A stretch of DNA of 64,000 nucleotides from Neoconidiobolus thromboides FSU 785 (lineage: Eukaryota > Fungi > Entomophthoromycota): the NCBI GenBank assembly GCA_025603075.1, contig MU626363.1, forward strand, positions 1 to 64,000, read 5' to 3'. A program made the position numbers and the translations under genes. Every line of letters begins with the position of its first letter. Position 1 is the stretch's first letter. Positions 37,538 through 50,619 of this stretch are shown in pieces. The notes beneath the pieces are model-generated. The model was given only the letters and a program-made list of their open reading frames with translations, was not told where the DNA came from and did not search any database.

Positions 37538-40500
37538 CTAGCAAGTTGTTATATCGGTTTCTGAAGAACTACAGCCATTACGCGAGTTCCTACAAAACCA
37601 TCCAAAATAAGATTTTGACCAGCATTTAGGAGTACCATAGGAATAGCGATAATAAGAGCGTCCATAGCTATCATAGCATTTATCGTAATTTGCAGGACAA
37701 TTGTTAGGAGGTTGAATAGAACAAGTTTTAATATCAACTTGATCTTTAACACAAGAAGCACCAGATTTAAAGGAGCAAGACCAACCATAATTAGTTTTAG
37801 TCCAGCAAGTAGGAACAAATGATTCAGATGCATAGAAATAATAGTAACCATACCAACAGTAATCATTTTTTGTTGGGCACGTCACAGGTGGTTTTGGAAA
37901 AGAGCAGGTTGAAATATCCTTTTCTCCTTTAAGTGCATTACATTGGCCGTTAACTTTGGCAATACAACTCCATCCATTTGCGTTAGCTGCCCAGCAGCTT
38001 GGTGCATTGATACTGCTAGGGCTAAATTGTTGTCCTTGGAAATTACAAATATCGGTGGAAGTTGGACATTTAGGAACAGGTGGGGGTGAAATATTACATG
38101 CCTTAATATCTAATTGTCCTTTAGAATTGTCACATTTAGAGTTAAAGTCTCCTTGACAACTCCATCCCGAAGAGGTCTTAGACCAACATTTTGGTGCATT
38201 TGGGTCATTGGCTGTGAATCCTGCACTTCCAGAATTACAGGTATCGGTGGCCTTTGGACAATCTGGGATTGGAGGTAGAATATTACATGTTGTGATATCT
38301 AATTGGTTAATAGTAGCATCACATTTACCATTTGAGCCATTCAAACAGATCCATGTGCCAGATGATGATTTAGACCAACATTTTGGCACATTTAGATCAT
38401 TTGCTTTGAAGCTTGTAGTACCAGAAGAACAAGCTTCCGTGGCTTTTGGACAATCTGGGATTATAGCTGGAGGAATATTACATGATTTAATATCTAATTG
38501 ACCTTTAGAAATATCACACATGGTATTTAAGTTTCCTTGGCAAATCCACCCAGAAGTAGTTTTAATCCAACATTTTGGTGCATTTAGGCTGTTTGCAGCA
38601 AAAATAACATCACCGGATTTACAGGTATCGATGGCTTTTGGACAATTCGGGATTGGAGGCGGGATATTGCAAGTTGAGATATCTAACTGACCCTTTGAGG
38701 TGTCGCATGTAGGATTAGAATTCCCTTGACAACTCCATCCGAGGGTAGTTTTTGACCAACATCTTGGAGCGTTCGGATCATTGGCTGCAAATGTGACATT
38801 ACCATTTGAGCAAATATCTGTAGCTTTTGGGCAGGCAGGAATTGGTAGAGGAAGGTTACACGTACTAATGTCTAATTGGCCTTTTGAGGAATCACAAGCA
38901 ATTTTAACACTTCCTTGACAGTTCCATCCTGAAATAATCTTTGACCAGCACTTTGGTACATTTGGATCGTTAGCAACAAATGTGGAATTACCATTTGAGC
39001 AAGCGTCAGTAGCTTTTGGACAAGCAGGGATTGGGGGTGAGATATTACATGTTGTAATATCTAACTGCCCTTTACTAGTGTCACATCCAAAGTTATTAGA
39101 TATTCCACAGGTCCATCCAGAAGTGGATTTAGACCAACATTTTGGTGCATTTGGATCATTAGCGGCAAATACGGCATTACCATTTGAACATGTTTCCACA
39201 GCTTTTGGACAAGTAGGAACTGGAGGTGGGATATTACAAGAATTGATATCTAATTGGCCTTTAGCAACGTCGCATTTAGCGTTAGTAGCTACTTGGCATA
39301 TCCACCCTGTAGTAACTTTAGACCAACATCTTGGTACATTTGGATCATTGGCCAAAAACGTTCTGGTACCAGAGCTACAAGTTTCGGTAGGTTTTGGGCA
39401 TGTAGGAATTAGAGGTGGAATATTGCAAGTTGATATGTTCAATTGGCCTTTGGTAGCATCACAAATATCACTAGCACTTCCTTGGCAAATCCATCCTGAA
39501 GTAGACTTTGACCAACACTTTGGAGCATTTGGATCATTAGCTGTAAAAGCTGTAGTACTAAAATCACATGTTTCTGTTGGCTTTGGACAAGTGGGAATTG
39601 GTGGCGGAAAATTACATGTAATAATATCTAATTGGCCTTTCATGGCATCACATGCAACACCAGCACTTCCTTGACAAACCCAACCAGAAGATGATTTCAT
39701 CCAACAATGAGGAGCATTTTGATTGTTAGCTACAAATGATTCAAATCCGTTTGAACAAATATCAGTTGCTTTAGGACATGTAGGTACTGGAGGTGGAATA
39801 TTACAAATACTGATGTCTAGTTGGCCTTTTGAAGAGTCGCAAATAGTATTAGTATTCCCTTCGCAATTCCATCCAGAGGCTGTCTTTGACCAGCATTTTG
39901 GTACGTTTGGACTATTCGCGCTAAAAATAAGAGTACCATTTGTACATGTGTCAGTGGCTTTTGGGCAATCTGGAACTGGAGGTGGGATATTACATGTTGT
40001 AATATTCAGTTGGCCTTTATTAATGTCACATCCAGCATCAGTACTTGGTTGGCAAGCCCATCCTAAATTAGTCTTAAACCAACATAACGGAGCTTTTGGA
40101 TCATTTGCTAAGAAGGTTTTGGTACTGGAAACACATGTTTCGATTGCTTTTGGGCACGCTGGAATTGGTGGCGGAATGTTACAAGTAGATATATTTAATT
40201 GACCTTTCAAGGGATCACAGACACCACTAATGCTTACTTGGCAGATCCACCCTGAAATAGTTTTTGACCAACAACTAGGTGCTGTTGGATCATTAGCAAC
40301 AAAGGTAGAACTACCATTGATACATGTGTCTGTGGCCTTCGGACAAATTGGAATTGGAGGTGGAAGATTACAAGCAGTAACGTCCATTTGACCTTTGGCA
40401 GCATCACATGAATTATTGATTTTATCTGAACATTGCCACCCATCGATTCCCTTTATCCAACATAAAGGTGCTGTTGGATCGTTTGGTTTTAATAGAATGT

Positions 40501-40786
40501 TATTAACTTTACACACATCTGATACGAGGGGACAAACTGGTTTAGGCGTTGGATTGGTACAACTTTTAATATCAACTTGATTAAAAGCTACATTACATAT
40601 ACCGTTATTCCTGGAATAACACTTCCAGCTTGTGCCAACGCTTAACCAACATGGGGGTACAGCTGGATCAGTATATTTGAAAGTCTTAAAACCTACTTGA
40701 CAGGAGTCGGTAGGCAGTGGACATTTTTGAGAAAATACTGAGGTTAGCGCTATTAACTGTAAAGTTAATAGAATGAAGTTTTTCAT
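37538..40786 (-). CDS. Secreted six-Cys tandem-repeat protein B (17 units, 1082 aa from the likely start)
   Basis: Signal-peptide-like MKNFILLTLQLIALTSVFS at 40786 (Met29 of the ORF track), followed by 17 units of C-x6-C-x16-CW-x6-W-x-C-x7-C-x11-C plus a Pro-rich linker. Confidence 0.92.
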   Translation of the reverse strand: MKNFILLTLQLIALTSVFSQKCPLPTDSCQVGFKTFKYTDPAVPPCWLSVGTSWKCYSRNNGICNVAFNQVDIKSCTNPTPKPVCPLVSDVCKVNNILLKPNDPTAPLCWIKGIDGWQCSDKINNSCDAAKGQMDVTACNLPPPIPICPKATDTCINGSSTFVANDPTAPSCWSKTISGWICQVSISGVCDPLKGQLNISTCNIPPPIPACPKAIETCVSSTKTFLANDPKAPLCWFKTNLGWACQPSTDAGCDINKGQLNITTCNIPPPVPDCPKATDTCTNGTLIFSANSPNVPKCWSKTASGWNCEGNTNTICDSSKGQLDISICNIPPPVPTCPKATDICSNGFESFVANNQNAPHCWMKSSSGWVCQGSAGVACDAMKGQLDIITCNFPPPIPTCPKPTETCDFSTTAFTANDPNAPKCWSKSTSGWICQGSASDICDATKGQLNISTCNIPPLIPTCPKPTETCSSGTRTFLANDPNVPRCWSKVTTGWICQVATNAKCDVAKGQLDINSCNIPPPVPTCPKAVETCSNGNAVFAANDPNAPKCWSKSTSGWTCGISNNFGCDTSKGQLDITTCNISPPIPACPKATDACSNGNSTFVANDPNVPKCWSKIISGWNCQGSVKIACDSSKGQLDISTCNLPLPIPACPKATDICSNGNVTFAANDPNAPRCWSKTTLGWSCQGNSNPTCDTSKGQLDISTCNIPPPIPNCPKAIDTCKSGDVIFAANSLNAPKCWIKTTSGWICQGNLNTMCDISKGQLDIKSCNIPPAIIPDCPKATEACSSGTTSFKANDLNVPKCWSKSSSGTWICLNGSNGKCDATINQLDITTCNILPPIPDCPKATDTCNSGSAGFTANDPNAPKCWSKTSSGWSCQGDFNSKCDNSKGQLDIKACNISPPPVPKCPTSTDICNFQGQQFSPSSINAPSCWAANANGWSCIAKVNGQCNALKGEKDISTCSFPKPPVTCPTKNDYCWYGYYYFYASESFVPTCWTKTNYGWSCSFKSGASCVKDQVDIKTCSIQPPNNCPANYDKCYDSYGRSYYRYSYGTPKCWSKSYFGWFCRNSRNGCSSSETDITTC

Positions 40787-41720
40787 TTGAAAGATTCTTT
40801 TAGTTATTTTAAAGGGGTTTTGTTTCTTTATATTTATGATTTGGTTGATAAAATTAGGCTTTAATGGCATTAATATTTAAAGTTGATGTAGGCTATCTTT
40901 TTAAGGCTTAATTATTGTGACTTTTTAGTAAGATTTAAAGTGACTGAAATTAATTGACAGTTTACTATTTTTAAATTATAATTAAGTTGTTATATTCAGT
41001 GATTTCGGAGAAACGTTATATAATTAATTTACTAAAAAATTTATATAATCATAATCATAACAAAGATTTAAAATAAAAGATTTAAAAAAATTTAATTACA
41101 ACTTTAATGTTTCAAAACAGGGGCTTTATAATTTATCGCTTAAATTCCTAATAAATGTTTAATATTTTTTATTTAAGCCATTTTTTTAGTCTAGAGCTCT
41201 AATTTTGAACTATATAAATTAAAATAAATTTTATGATTAGCTTGATCTATAAATAATTTGAAATAGAATGCCCTTAAAGTAGAGTATAATAACTTTTAGA
41301 ATAATTTAATTAAATATTATTGTAATAAAGTAAAGATGATAATAAAAGTAAATTAAGGCGTAATATTGCAAACGCCAAATGATAAGCTGTAAACTACATA
41401 CCTTGAAAGGCCTTTAACAACAAAATTTTATAATATGAAGAGTAAATTTTATAAATATTGATCTTTTATATTAATCTTAAAGAGATTAACAAATATAATT
41501 ATAGGCATTAACATGACTAAAAATTAAGCTATTATTTATAAGCACTGGTATTTTAGATTACTTGTATTTTTTATAACTTTAAACAGAATTAATTTTGAGA
41601 TCAAAATAGCTATTAATAACTTAAACAAAAAAACATCTCCGTTTATTTAATGGGTATTTGTTTTTGAAATTCATTATTAAAACAGCAAGACATTATACTT
41701 TATATTGATAAAAAATTTCA

Positions 41721-41812
41721 TGATTTCGTCACTTTTTCCATTTTTAAGCGCCATTTGAACAGAAAGGTTGTTAGTAAATTCTTTACTCAAATGAAACAAA
41801 AAAAACATCCCC
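41721..41812 (-). mobile_element. Truncated/chimeric MITE copy
   Basis: A 58-bp core identical to the 41932 copy, then a right-end-like TGAAACAAAAAAAACATCCCC|AAAT. Confidence 0.82.
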
Positions 41813-41931
41813 AAATAGTTTATAAAAAAGTTAATACAGTGCATTCATGCTATGACTTTTGTAATATTAAAAATTGAAAAAACAGGTTAAGTTGGTTTTA
41901 AAACCACGAACTATTTTTCCTCTCACTATAT

Positions 41932-42028
41932 GGGGGCGTTTTTTTGATTTCGTCACTTTTTCCATTTTTAAGCGCCATTTGAACAGAAAGGTTGTTAGTA
42001 AAGCTCTTAAACACAAAAATACATCCCT
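41932..42028 (-). mobile_element. MITE copy
   Basis: Reverse consensus match; flanks ATAT/ATAT. Confidence 0.9.
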
Positions 42029-43123
42029 ATATCAATAACAAAAATAGACTCTTATCAAACAATACACATCTAAATGAGGGTTACTTTATTACGGTTTATT
42101 GTTATCTTTAGGAAATCGGATTGTAATTTTCCTTATAAACCCATATGTTAAACAATACTAAAAGAGATGATTATTTAGCTTTTGCAGCCTAGGGAAGTAT
42201 ATACATTGACCTCTTTGTTTACCTTTACAGCCTTTTTATTTTTTATATCCATTTACTATAATTGAGTTTAAGTAAGGTCCTTTTTTACATTGATAATGTT
42301 TAGTAAAAATAAATAAAATAGCTTTTTATACACTCTCTAACAAAATTGATCAAATTTTTTTTAGAAAATAAATTCTGGATAATTATTAGTTGTATATATT
42401 GATAAATAAAGTTACCAGGTACTATAAGCATCAATATTGTCAAAAACTGATAAATAATATTTATAAGCTCCTATGCTACAATTTACTTATATTTTCATAA
42501 TATTAGTTCAAATTGAAAGACTTTGAAATTAAAAGTAGGGTATATTGAAGATCTATATGAGCAGTAATACACCATTTTGTTTTAGTTTAAGCTGTTTTAC
42601 TATATAGTTGTCGTAAAATTTAATTTTAAAAGTTGAGTTAATTAAAACTTCAATTTGAAAAAAGTTTATTTAATTAAAGTTTCTAAATTGAAAAATAAAA
42701 TAAAAACCAAAGAAAACTTCAATCCACAAGTCAAACTCTAAAAACTCTATTCATTAAACTTAAGTTTTAATCAAAAAGGATACTTTTTCAAAAGATTTAG
42801 TTCCAAGAAACCTTAGCAAAGTGTACGTTAATTGGCTCAAAAACTTAACGGCTAAATTTTTAAAGTTTTAGTTGGAGCAAAAGTCAACTAAAGGATTAGT
42901 ATTAGCTACTAAGTTCCATGTGATTTGCTGGTTCAAACGGTGGGTAATTCCACCATCATGGTTTTTATATAGTAACACGAAAGACCAATAAACGAAGGAG
43001 TAGGATAAGATGTATCCACTTTAATTTGACAAATAGGAATAGTAAAGATTAAGAAATGAAGTAGCTTTTATAAATTAAAATAGTTATCCACTTTTAATAG
43101 TTTTAAAGCTTAATTTTTATAAA

Positions 43124-44415
43124 ATGAAAAAAAAAGTTACTAATACTCAAAAATTACAGCCCATTCCACTACCATCAACTCAAACTCACTTTGAATTTTT
43201 TGTAGCTCATCAATTAGGTAACAATTTTATAATATAATCACGATCATAATCATAACTAATCTTACTTTAGAACTTTCACTTACTCTAATAACTTTAATAT
43301 TATTTGGCTATGGTTTAGAGTTACCTTATTTTAATTATTTTGTAAAGATCCAAGGCAAAACGATAAATGGATTATATGAAAAGACATGGATGGATTTGGC
43401 TTTTATCTTTTTTTATTTTTTAGTATTCACTTTTTTACGTACATTTTTATTGGATTATGTATTCGTTCCTTTTATTCGCTGGTATGGTGTCAAGAGTAAA
43501 GGAAAACAAGAGAAGTTTAAAGAGCAAGCATTTTCAAGCTTGTTTTACACAATTTCTTGGCTATCTGGGATGGTAAGTTTTTATTGTTATTAAGATATAG
43601 TTTATTTCATATTGATACTAAAATTCGTGATTTAGCATTTGTTAGTCAGTAGTGATTATTATATGAACCTTGAAAATTTATGGAGAGGCTATCCACACTT
43701 GGAACTGGATTTTTATTTTAAAACGTATTATTTAGTTCAAATGAGTTATTGGCTTCAACAAATGTACTTTGTACAAATTGAAGTTAGGAGAAAAGATTAT
43801 TTGAATATGATTAGTCATCATGTTATCACCAATTCTTTAGTTGTATTTTCTTACATTACAAATTATACTAGAGTTGGCCATGTTATGCTTGTACTAATGG
43901 ATTTTGCAGATATTTTCCTTTCGGTAAGTTTTATAGTCTAGTTTCGAATATGGTTATTAATCAATTATAAATACTTAAAAGACAGCTAAAGTATTGAATT
44001 ATCTACGATTGAAGCTTATTTGTGATATTACTTTTACAATCTTTTTTATTTCTTGGATAGCTTCAAGGCATATTGGGTTCGGTATGGTTATGTGGAGTAT
44101 TATGTTTGATCCAGAAAAAGTAAACCCAAATGAGAAGTGGGATCCTAAAAATGGTATCTTTTACACTTCTAATACAAGACGTTTCTTTTTGGTTTTGTTA
44201 ACAGCACTACAAATATTGATGTTTGTTTGGCTTTGGATGATTTTACGCGTACTTATTAAAGTAATTGTTGGTACTGGTGCAGAAGATGTTAGAAGTTCAG
44301 ATGAAGAGTAAGTTTTATACTGATTTGTTTAAATAAATATTTATTTGTTAATTTATTTATTAGTGATGATGTTGAACATGAAACAAAGGTTTTGAATGAG
44401 AAGAAAAAAGCTTAA
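43124..44415 (+). CDS. LAG1: Ceramide synthase (TLC domain, LAG1/LAC1 family), multi-exon
   Basis: KFKEQ, Lag1p motif RRKDYLNMISHHVIT...MDFADIFL, EDVRSSDE; the last exon after intron GTAAGT at ~44308 ends EKKKA* (dilysine ER-retrieval motif). Confidence 0.9.
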
Positions 44416-45115
44416 CTTTTTTATTGAAAATGACAAGTAAAAAAGAATAACAATTAACTAATCTGGGTTTACTATATATAATTTTAATTAGACGTATTGG
44501 ACTAATCTTTAATTTCTTCCGTAAAAACAAATTTCTTATGGGGCTCTACCTTAATTTTAGTATAAATCTTTTTTTTGAAATTTTATTATTTTTACTTCTT
44601 GCTATTTTTTATATTGTTTTTTGGAGAGTTCTATTACTATCAATGATGGTGCCATTATCGTTGATAGCAGATAGAAGGCCTCTTACCTTTATATAATGTA
44701 TACTAGGATGTGTTTCTTTGCTTTAATATTTGATCAATAGTTTCTTCAAGCTTCTATTGCATAAGCAATAGACAAATAAATGAACTTAAAAGATTTACAT
44801 ATCAAACTGTTTATTTGTGTATGAAATGGGAATGTAGTTTTTAGTCTCATTTCATTATCTATCTTTTAGTATTTGATTACAAATTTTTCAAGCTTTTTTA
44901 TGTAAAGTAAAGAATATTTATATATTTTTGAATGACTCATACTTTGAATACTGCTTTGATTGATATTTTTCTGTTTAGTTTGTATATCGTTTATTACATT
45001 GAGTAAACCTCAAATTAATATCAATGCTTCGCAGGACAATATTATTAGTATTTTGATGAGTTATTCAATGTTGATAGTCCACAGAAGATAGTGAGTTACT
45101 TGATATTGACAATAT

Positions 45116-45212
45116 GGGAATGATTTTGGATTTCATTACTTTTTCCACCTTTTAAGCGCTATTTGAGTGGAAAGATTGTAGTAAAATTCTTAAACAAAAA
45201 AAACACATCCCC
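45116..45212 (-). mobile_element. MITE copy 147 bp upstream of the GCD2 start codon
   Basis: Reverse consensus match; flanks ATAT/ATAT. Confidence 0.9.
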
Positions 45213-45359
45213 ATATACTATACTATACAACATTACTAGCAATTTTTTTAAAGAGTTAAAATCAACTCAAAAAACAATGATTTGACAGAATTTAAACTCA
45301 AACTAAAGAAATCAAAATCTTTAAAAACGCTTAACTTATTTTTTTGAAAAAAAAGCAAT

Positions 45360-47146
45360 ATGGGACCAGAAAATAATTCATCACCTACAGCTACCAGTAA
45401 TAATACTAGTAACATGACTTCGCCAGCCATATCAAATATAAAATCCCCTCAACCAAGTGAGAATAATGAAGTAAGAAAAAGTAATAAAGAAATGACTAAA
45501 GCTGAGAGAAGAGCACTTCAGGTAAGTTATTAATAGCTTATCAAAAGAAATTCTTTAATTAAAATCATTTGGAAATCTAGGAAAAACAACGTGCCGAAAA
45601 AGAAGCTAAAAAGCAAGGAAGTTCCAGTAATACAATTTCTAAGCAAAATAAAAAAAATGAAGGAACAAAAGCTAATACAACTCCATCAAACAAATCACTC
45701 AAATTGGAGGCTCCTATGAATGCTCAGTCCAAAGATAAAATTAAAGAGAAATCTTCTGAAGCCTCAAAACTTCAAGGTTTATCTTTATTTAAACATCTAG
45801 AAACATCGACCAAATCTAGTAATATATCCATTAAAGATGTTCATCCAGCTATTATTGAATTAGCTAGTCAATTTAAAGATTATTTAATCTGTGGTTCGAA
45901 CGCTCGTTGTATAGCTATGTTACAAGCATTTAAACAAGTAATTACGGATTATATGACACCACCACATACTCCATTATGTCGTCATTTAGTTGCTCATTTA
46001 TCCCCTCAAATTACTTATTTAGTTACGGCTAGACCAATGTCAGTGACTATGGGCAATGCTATTAGATATTTAAAAACTGAAATATCTACAGTGGATCCAG
46101 ATTTACCAGAAGATCAAGCAAAGAAATATTTATGTGAAAGTATTGATCAATTTATTATTGATAGGATAACAGCAGCAGATGTTATTATTGCAGAAAATGC
46201 GATGGGTAAAATCAAAGAAGGAGATGTGATTATGATTTATGGAAGGTAAGTTAAAATAATGACAATAATAATTTTGAATATTAAGTTTGTTAATGGTATT
46301 TTTTAAATTAGCTCTTCTGTAGTATTACAGGTTTTGGAATCAGCTATTAAAAAAAAGATACAGTTTAGAGTTATTGTAGTAGATGCTGGACCTAGGTTCG
46401 AAGGTAATTACTAAGGAGCTTATTTTTGATAAGGATAATGACACTAATAAATAAATTTAAATTAGGTAAACATATGTTAAGAAAATTAGTTGAATTGGGA
46501 ATTGAGTGTAGTTATATATTATTACATGGGGTAGCTTATATTGCTAAAGAGGTAAGTATTAATTATTATCAATATCAATATATAACATTGTAAGTTGAGA
46601 AAGGAAGAAAATGTAGAAAGAGGATATTAATAATAATATTGTATTTATTTTAGGCTACCAAAGTGTTTTTAGGTGCTCATGGTTTATTTTCAAATGGTAC
46701 TTTATTATCTAGAGCGGGTACTGCTATTGTTGCTATGACTGGTTATGATCAAAAAATACCCGTAATTGTATGTTGTGAGACATATAAATTTAGTGAGAAA
46801 GTACAGTTAGATTCCATTGTTTGGAATGAAATTGGTAAGTTATTAACTAATTAATAATTAGATCATATTGATTTAATATTAATATTAACATTTTATATTA
46901 TTTATAGGTAACCCAGAAGATTTAATTACTACAAATAATAATCCATTTTTATCCAACTCTAATAATATTACTGATGATAAATTTAATTTGGAAAGTTTTA
47001 AAACAATGAATAATGTATTTGGCTTAAATTTGTTATATGATTTAACACCACCTCATTATATTTCTATGGTTATTACAGAAGTAGGTATGATTCCTTGTAC
47101 TTCAGTACCAGTGGTATTACGTGAATATGGTACTTTAATGCAATAA
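45360..47146 (+). CDS. GCD2: Translation initiation factor eIF2B delta subunit, multi-exon
   Basis: [12 protein letters not shown]|[76 protein letters not shown]. Confidence 0.95.
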
Positions 47147-47538
47147 ATTAAAGAGTGAAGTAAAAGAGAGTATATCAGACATATCACAAAGGAGGAAGTT
47201 AATAAATAGATTTATTATGTAACTTATAATTTTTTTTATTTAAAGTAGATAGTCAGTTTTTTATCAAATATTAGATTATTGAGTTATATATTGATGACTA
47301 TAATATAAAACTATTTTATATTTTTTTTAAATTAAATATATTTTACTTAAATGTATTCATTTTTAATTGATTTCTAATAAAGATTAATAAATTTAAACTT
47401 AGCTTTAAATTCTCGATGTTGATTGGTTAATGATTCAATTATAAATTTCAGCTACCTTATTTTTAATCGAAAATAATAAATCTAATTTCATTTGATTTTA
47501 TATACCAGTTACTATTTCTTTAATCATAAAAATTAAAA

Positions 47539-48951
47539 ATGAGTAATCAGCTCTCGGAAAAACAAACTAGTTTTAGTGGCTCTTATGCCTTAGATCAATC
47601 TATAGCTGGATTAACAGCAGGTGCTATCTCAACTTTATTATTACATCCTATGGATTTAATAAAAACTAAAATACAAGGTAAATTACAGCATTATATAAAC
47701 TAATGATAATAACGAAATAATAATACTAACACGTTTTTTCTATTATTGTAGCCGATGATTTTAAAAAATTAGAAAACAAGAGAATTATAGGACGTAGTAT
47801 CTCTGCAATAAAATCTGTAATAAAAACGGATAGTTTATTAGGATTATATCGAGGTTTATCACCTAACTTAGTAGGTTCCGCTCTGTCTTGGTCATTTTAT
47901 TTTGGTTGGTAAGTAGAAAGTAATCTAATTTATGTTTAATATAAGATATTTAATCACTATTTAATATTAATATTTTCTACTATCATTAGGTATAGTATAA
48001 TAAAACAACAATATCATTCTGATTTAGGAGATGGTAGAATATCTAATAAATTATCTTCAACTCAATATATGTTAGCTTCTGCACAAGCAGGTGCATTAAC
48101 TGTATTATGTACTAACCCGATTTGGGTAGTAAAAACTAGGATGTTAACAAGTCATAAAAATCAAGCGGGAGCTTATAGGGGCTTAGTAGGTAATACATTA
48201 ATAATAATAACGACATAATTGTTTTTAGTACATATTATATCGAATATTGAGCATTTCATTAATTTAATTTTATTGTTAGATGGGTTAATAAAATTAGTAC
48301 AATTTGAAGGTATACGTGGTATGTATCGAGGATTAACACCAGCTTTATTTGGTACATCACATGGGGCTGTTCAATTTATGGTTTATGAAGAACTAAAAAA
48401 ATGGAAAAGTAAAAAAAATTTATTAAAAAATAAGGATATTAAGTTAAAAGATGGTTTAGTAAGTTTATTATCATATTATATTATTGATTTAAATTATATG
48501 TTTTAATATTCCTCTTATTATTACTTAGCCTGTTATGGATTATCTTTGGATGGCTTCTTTATCAAAAACAATGGCCTCAATATTGACATACCCTTATCAA
48601 GTAGTTAAAACTAGATTACAAGTAATTATTTTTGTATTATGTCATAATACAATATATAATAGTTTATTTATTAGAAACAAGTCGATTTAAAATCCAACAC
48701 AGAATATAAAACTACATTAGATACTATAAGTAAAATATTTAAGTAAGTTTGATTATTACATAATACAATAATGATCAACTAATAATTAACATTTAATAAT
48801 TTAACCTTAATTTAATAATAGAAATGAAGGTATAATGGGATTTTATAAAGGATTAGGGCCTAATATATTAAGAGTGCTACCGGGTACTTGTATTACATTT
48901 ACTGTCTATGAATCTTTATCCAATTATTTTAGAAATGGTACTTTTTTTTAA
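47539..48951 (+). CDS. FLX1: Mitochondrial carrier, folate/FAD type (SLC25A32/FLX1-like), multi-exon
   Basis: Three carrier repeats ([34 protein letters not shown]), [24 protein letters not shown]. Confidence 0.88.
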
Positions 48952-49535
48952 AAAAAAATATATTGTAATTAATTTGAATAAAAATGTACGATGCTTGTGT
49001 TTTATTATATTATTATTGATTATAGTTTATTAGTTGTTATATTACTTATTATGGTTGGTAATTTAGTAGTACACAATATTAGATAGTTAACAATTATCCT
49101 ATATAAACTAGATAAAGCTATATGTTGTTTCAAAGCTTAATAACTAAAATGATTGACCCAAACAGTTAAATTAAACTATGTTTCTTTTAGCTAACCCATG
49201 TTGTAACAATGTTATTCAATATTGATTATTAAAATACTTAAGTTGGAATATTAAATATTTTGGCTTGTTACTTTAATCAAGTAGTACACTCACTATCTTT
49301 GTACCAATAATCATGTACTAATATCATTATATAAAAGCAATTACATAAAAAATATATTATTTTATGATAGCTTTTATTATTTAATGATGGATTAAGTAAC
49401 CACCAGCTGTTTAGTACGAAACAATATACACTTGACCACGAACAATAATAGCAAACTTAATTTATATAATAATTTATTAACTAAATGACCTTTTTTTTAA
49501 ACAAATGGTTTAATATTAATTTAAGTTTAGTAAAT

Positions 49536-49634
49536 GGGGATGTATTTTTTTGTCTAAGGATTTTGCTAACAATCTTTCTACTCAAATAGTGCTTAAAAAA
49601 ATGGAAAAGTAATGGAACCAAAAAAAACATCCCC
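49536..49634 (+). mobile_element. MITE copy
   Basis: GGGGATGT...ACATCCCC; 4-bp TSD AAAT/AAAT. Confidence 0.92.
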
Positions 49635-49987
49635 AAATTTTTGTTTAAAAATAGAACTATGAATAATCTATAAAGTTTTTATACTTAAAGCTACTGTAGC
49701 AAAGCTATCAAAGAAAATAGTTTAAGCTAGGGGAATCTTTATCAAAAGTTTAATAGAAATAATAAAAGATTAAGGCTAAAAAAAGAAAACTAATGATTTG
49801 ATTGTATGAGAAGCTAGATTTTTTAGAGTTTAAAGGTGAAGTGATAAAAAAAGTAAACATAGAGTTTTAAAAAACTGGACGTATTGTAAAGGAAAAATCT
49901 GCTTTTTATTAAGTTAAACTGGGATAGAAACTTTATTCAAGTACTTGAAATCCGCTTAGCAAATTTAATAGTTAATTTAAAAAGCAT

Positions 49988-50083
49988 AGGGGTGTTTTTT
50001 TGATTTCATTACTTTTTCATTTTTCAAGCAATATTTGAGGGGAAAGAGTGTTAGTAGAATTCTTAAATAAAAAACATATCCCT
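49988..50083 (-). mobile_element. MITE copy
   Basis: Reverse consensus match; flanks GCAT/ATAT. Confidence 0.85.
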
Positions 50084-50619
50084 ATATGTTTAACTTGTAT
50101 ATATGAAGTTATTAAATTTAAAAAAGTCATTAAAAGCTGTATCTGAAGTTTAAAAACCGAATACTTTATCAAAATATCCATAAACTAACTGATAAATAAG
50201 ACTAAATAGTTCAATAATACTATAAAGAAAAGTTTTAATTCAACTTGTTTATCCTAAGCACTCATTTGTAAATAATCTAAGAATTAAAATAGAATGTAAT
50301 AGAAATATTGGTGGAACCACTGACAACTTAATCGGCATCTATTAGTTCATACAAAGTTTTTGTATAATGTAATCATGAATTATTTTCTTGTTTTATTTTT
50401 CGTTATAATGAATACAGGAAGGTTTTTAATTTACCAAACATCTTATAACTTTAATATTTCAAACTTTGAGTAATTTTAGAAAATTAAAACAAAAAAACTA
50501 AGAGTAATTTTTATTATTTAATAAGAAAATAGAAGTATAAATAACTAGTAAGTGTACAACATAATCAAAAGTATTGACTAGTTTATTTAACTAAGAGCCA
50601 TCCGGTAGAATACTTTGGC

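Noticed and set aside
37549-40580. Several antisense and alternate-frame ORFs over the Cys-repeat genes (also 16965-18932)
   Set aside because: These are shadows of repetitive, relatively GC-rich coding sequence; most start at non-ATG codons or have no independent features.
1539-40786. Segmental duplication of an MFS + Cys-repeat gene block
   Set aside because: The first pair is divergent and 14 kb apart while the second is convergent and adjacent, so a single duplication or inversion does not explain both.
40787-40870. N-terminal 28 codons of the 1110-aa ORF
   Set aside because: The signal peptide begins at Met29 (40786); the upstream codons look like AT-rich UTR.
42920-42960. GGTTCAAAC B-box-like motif suggesting a tRNA
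   Set aside because: No T-stem pairing or cloverleaf can be formed around it.
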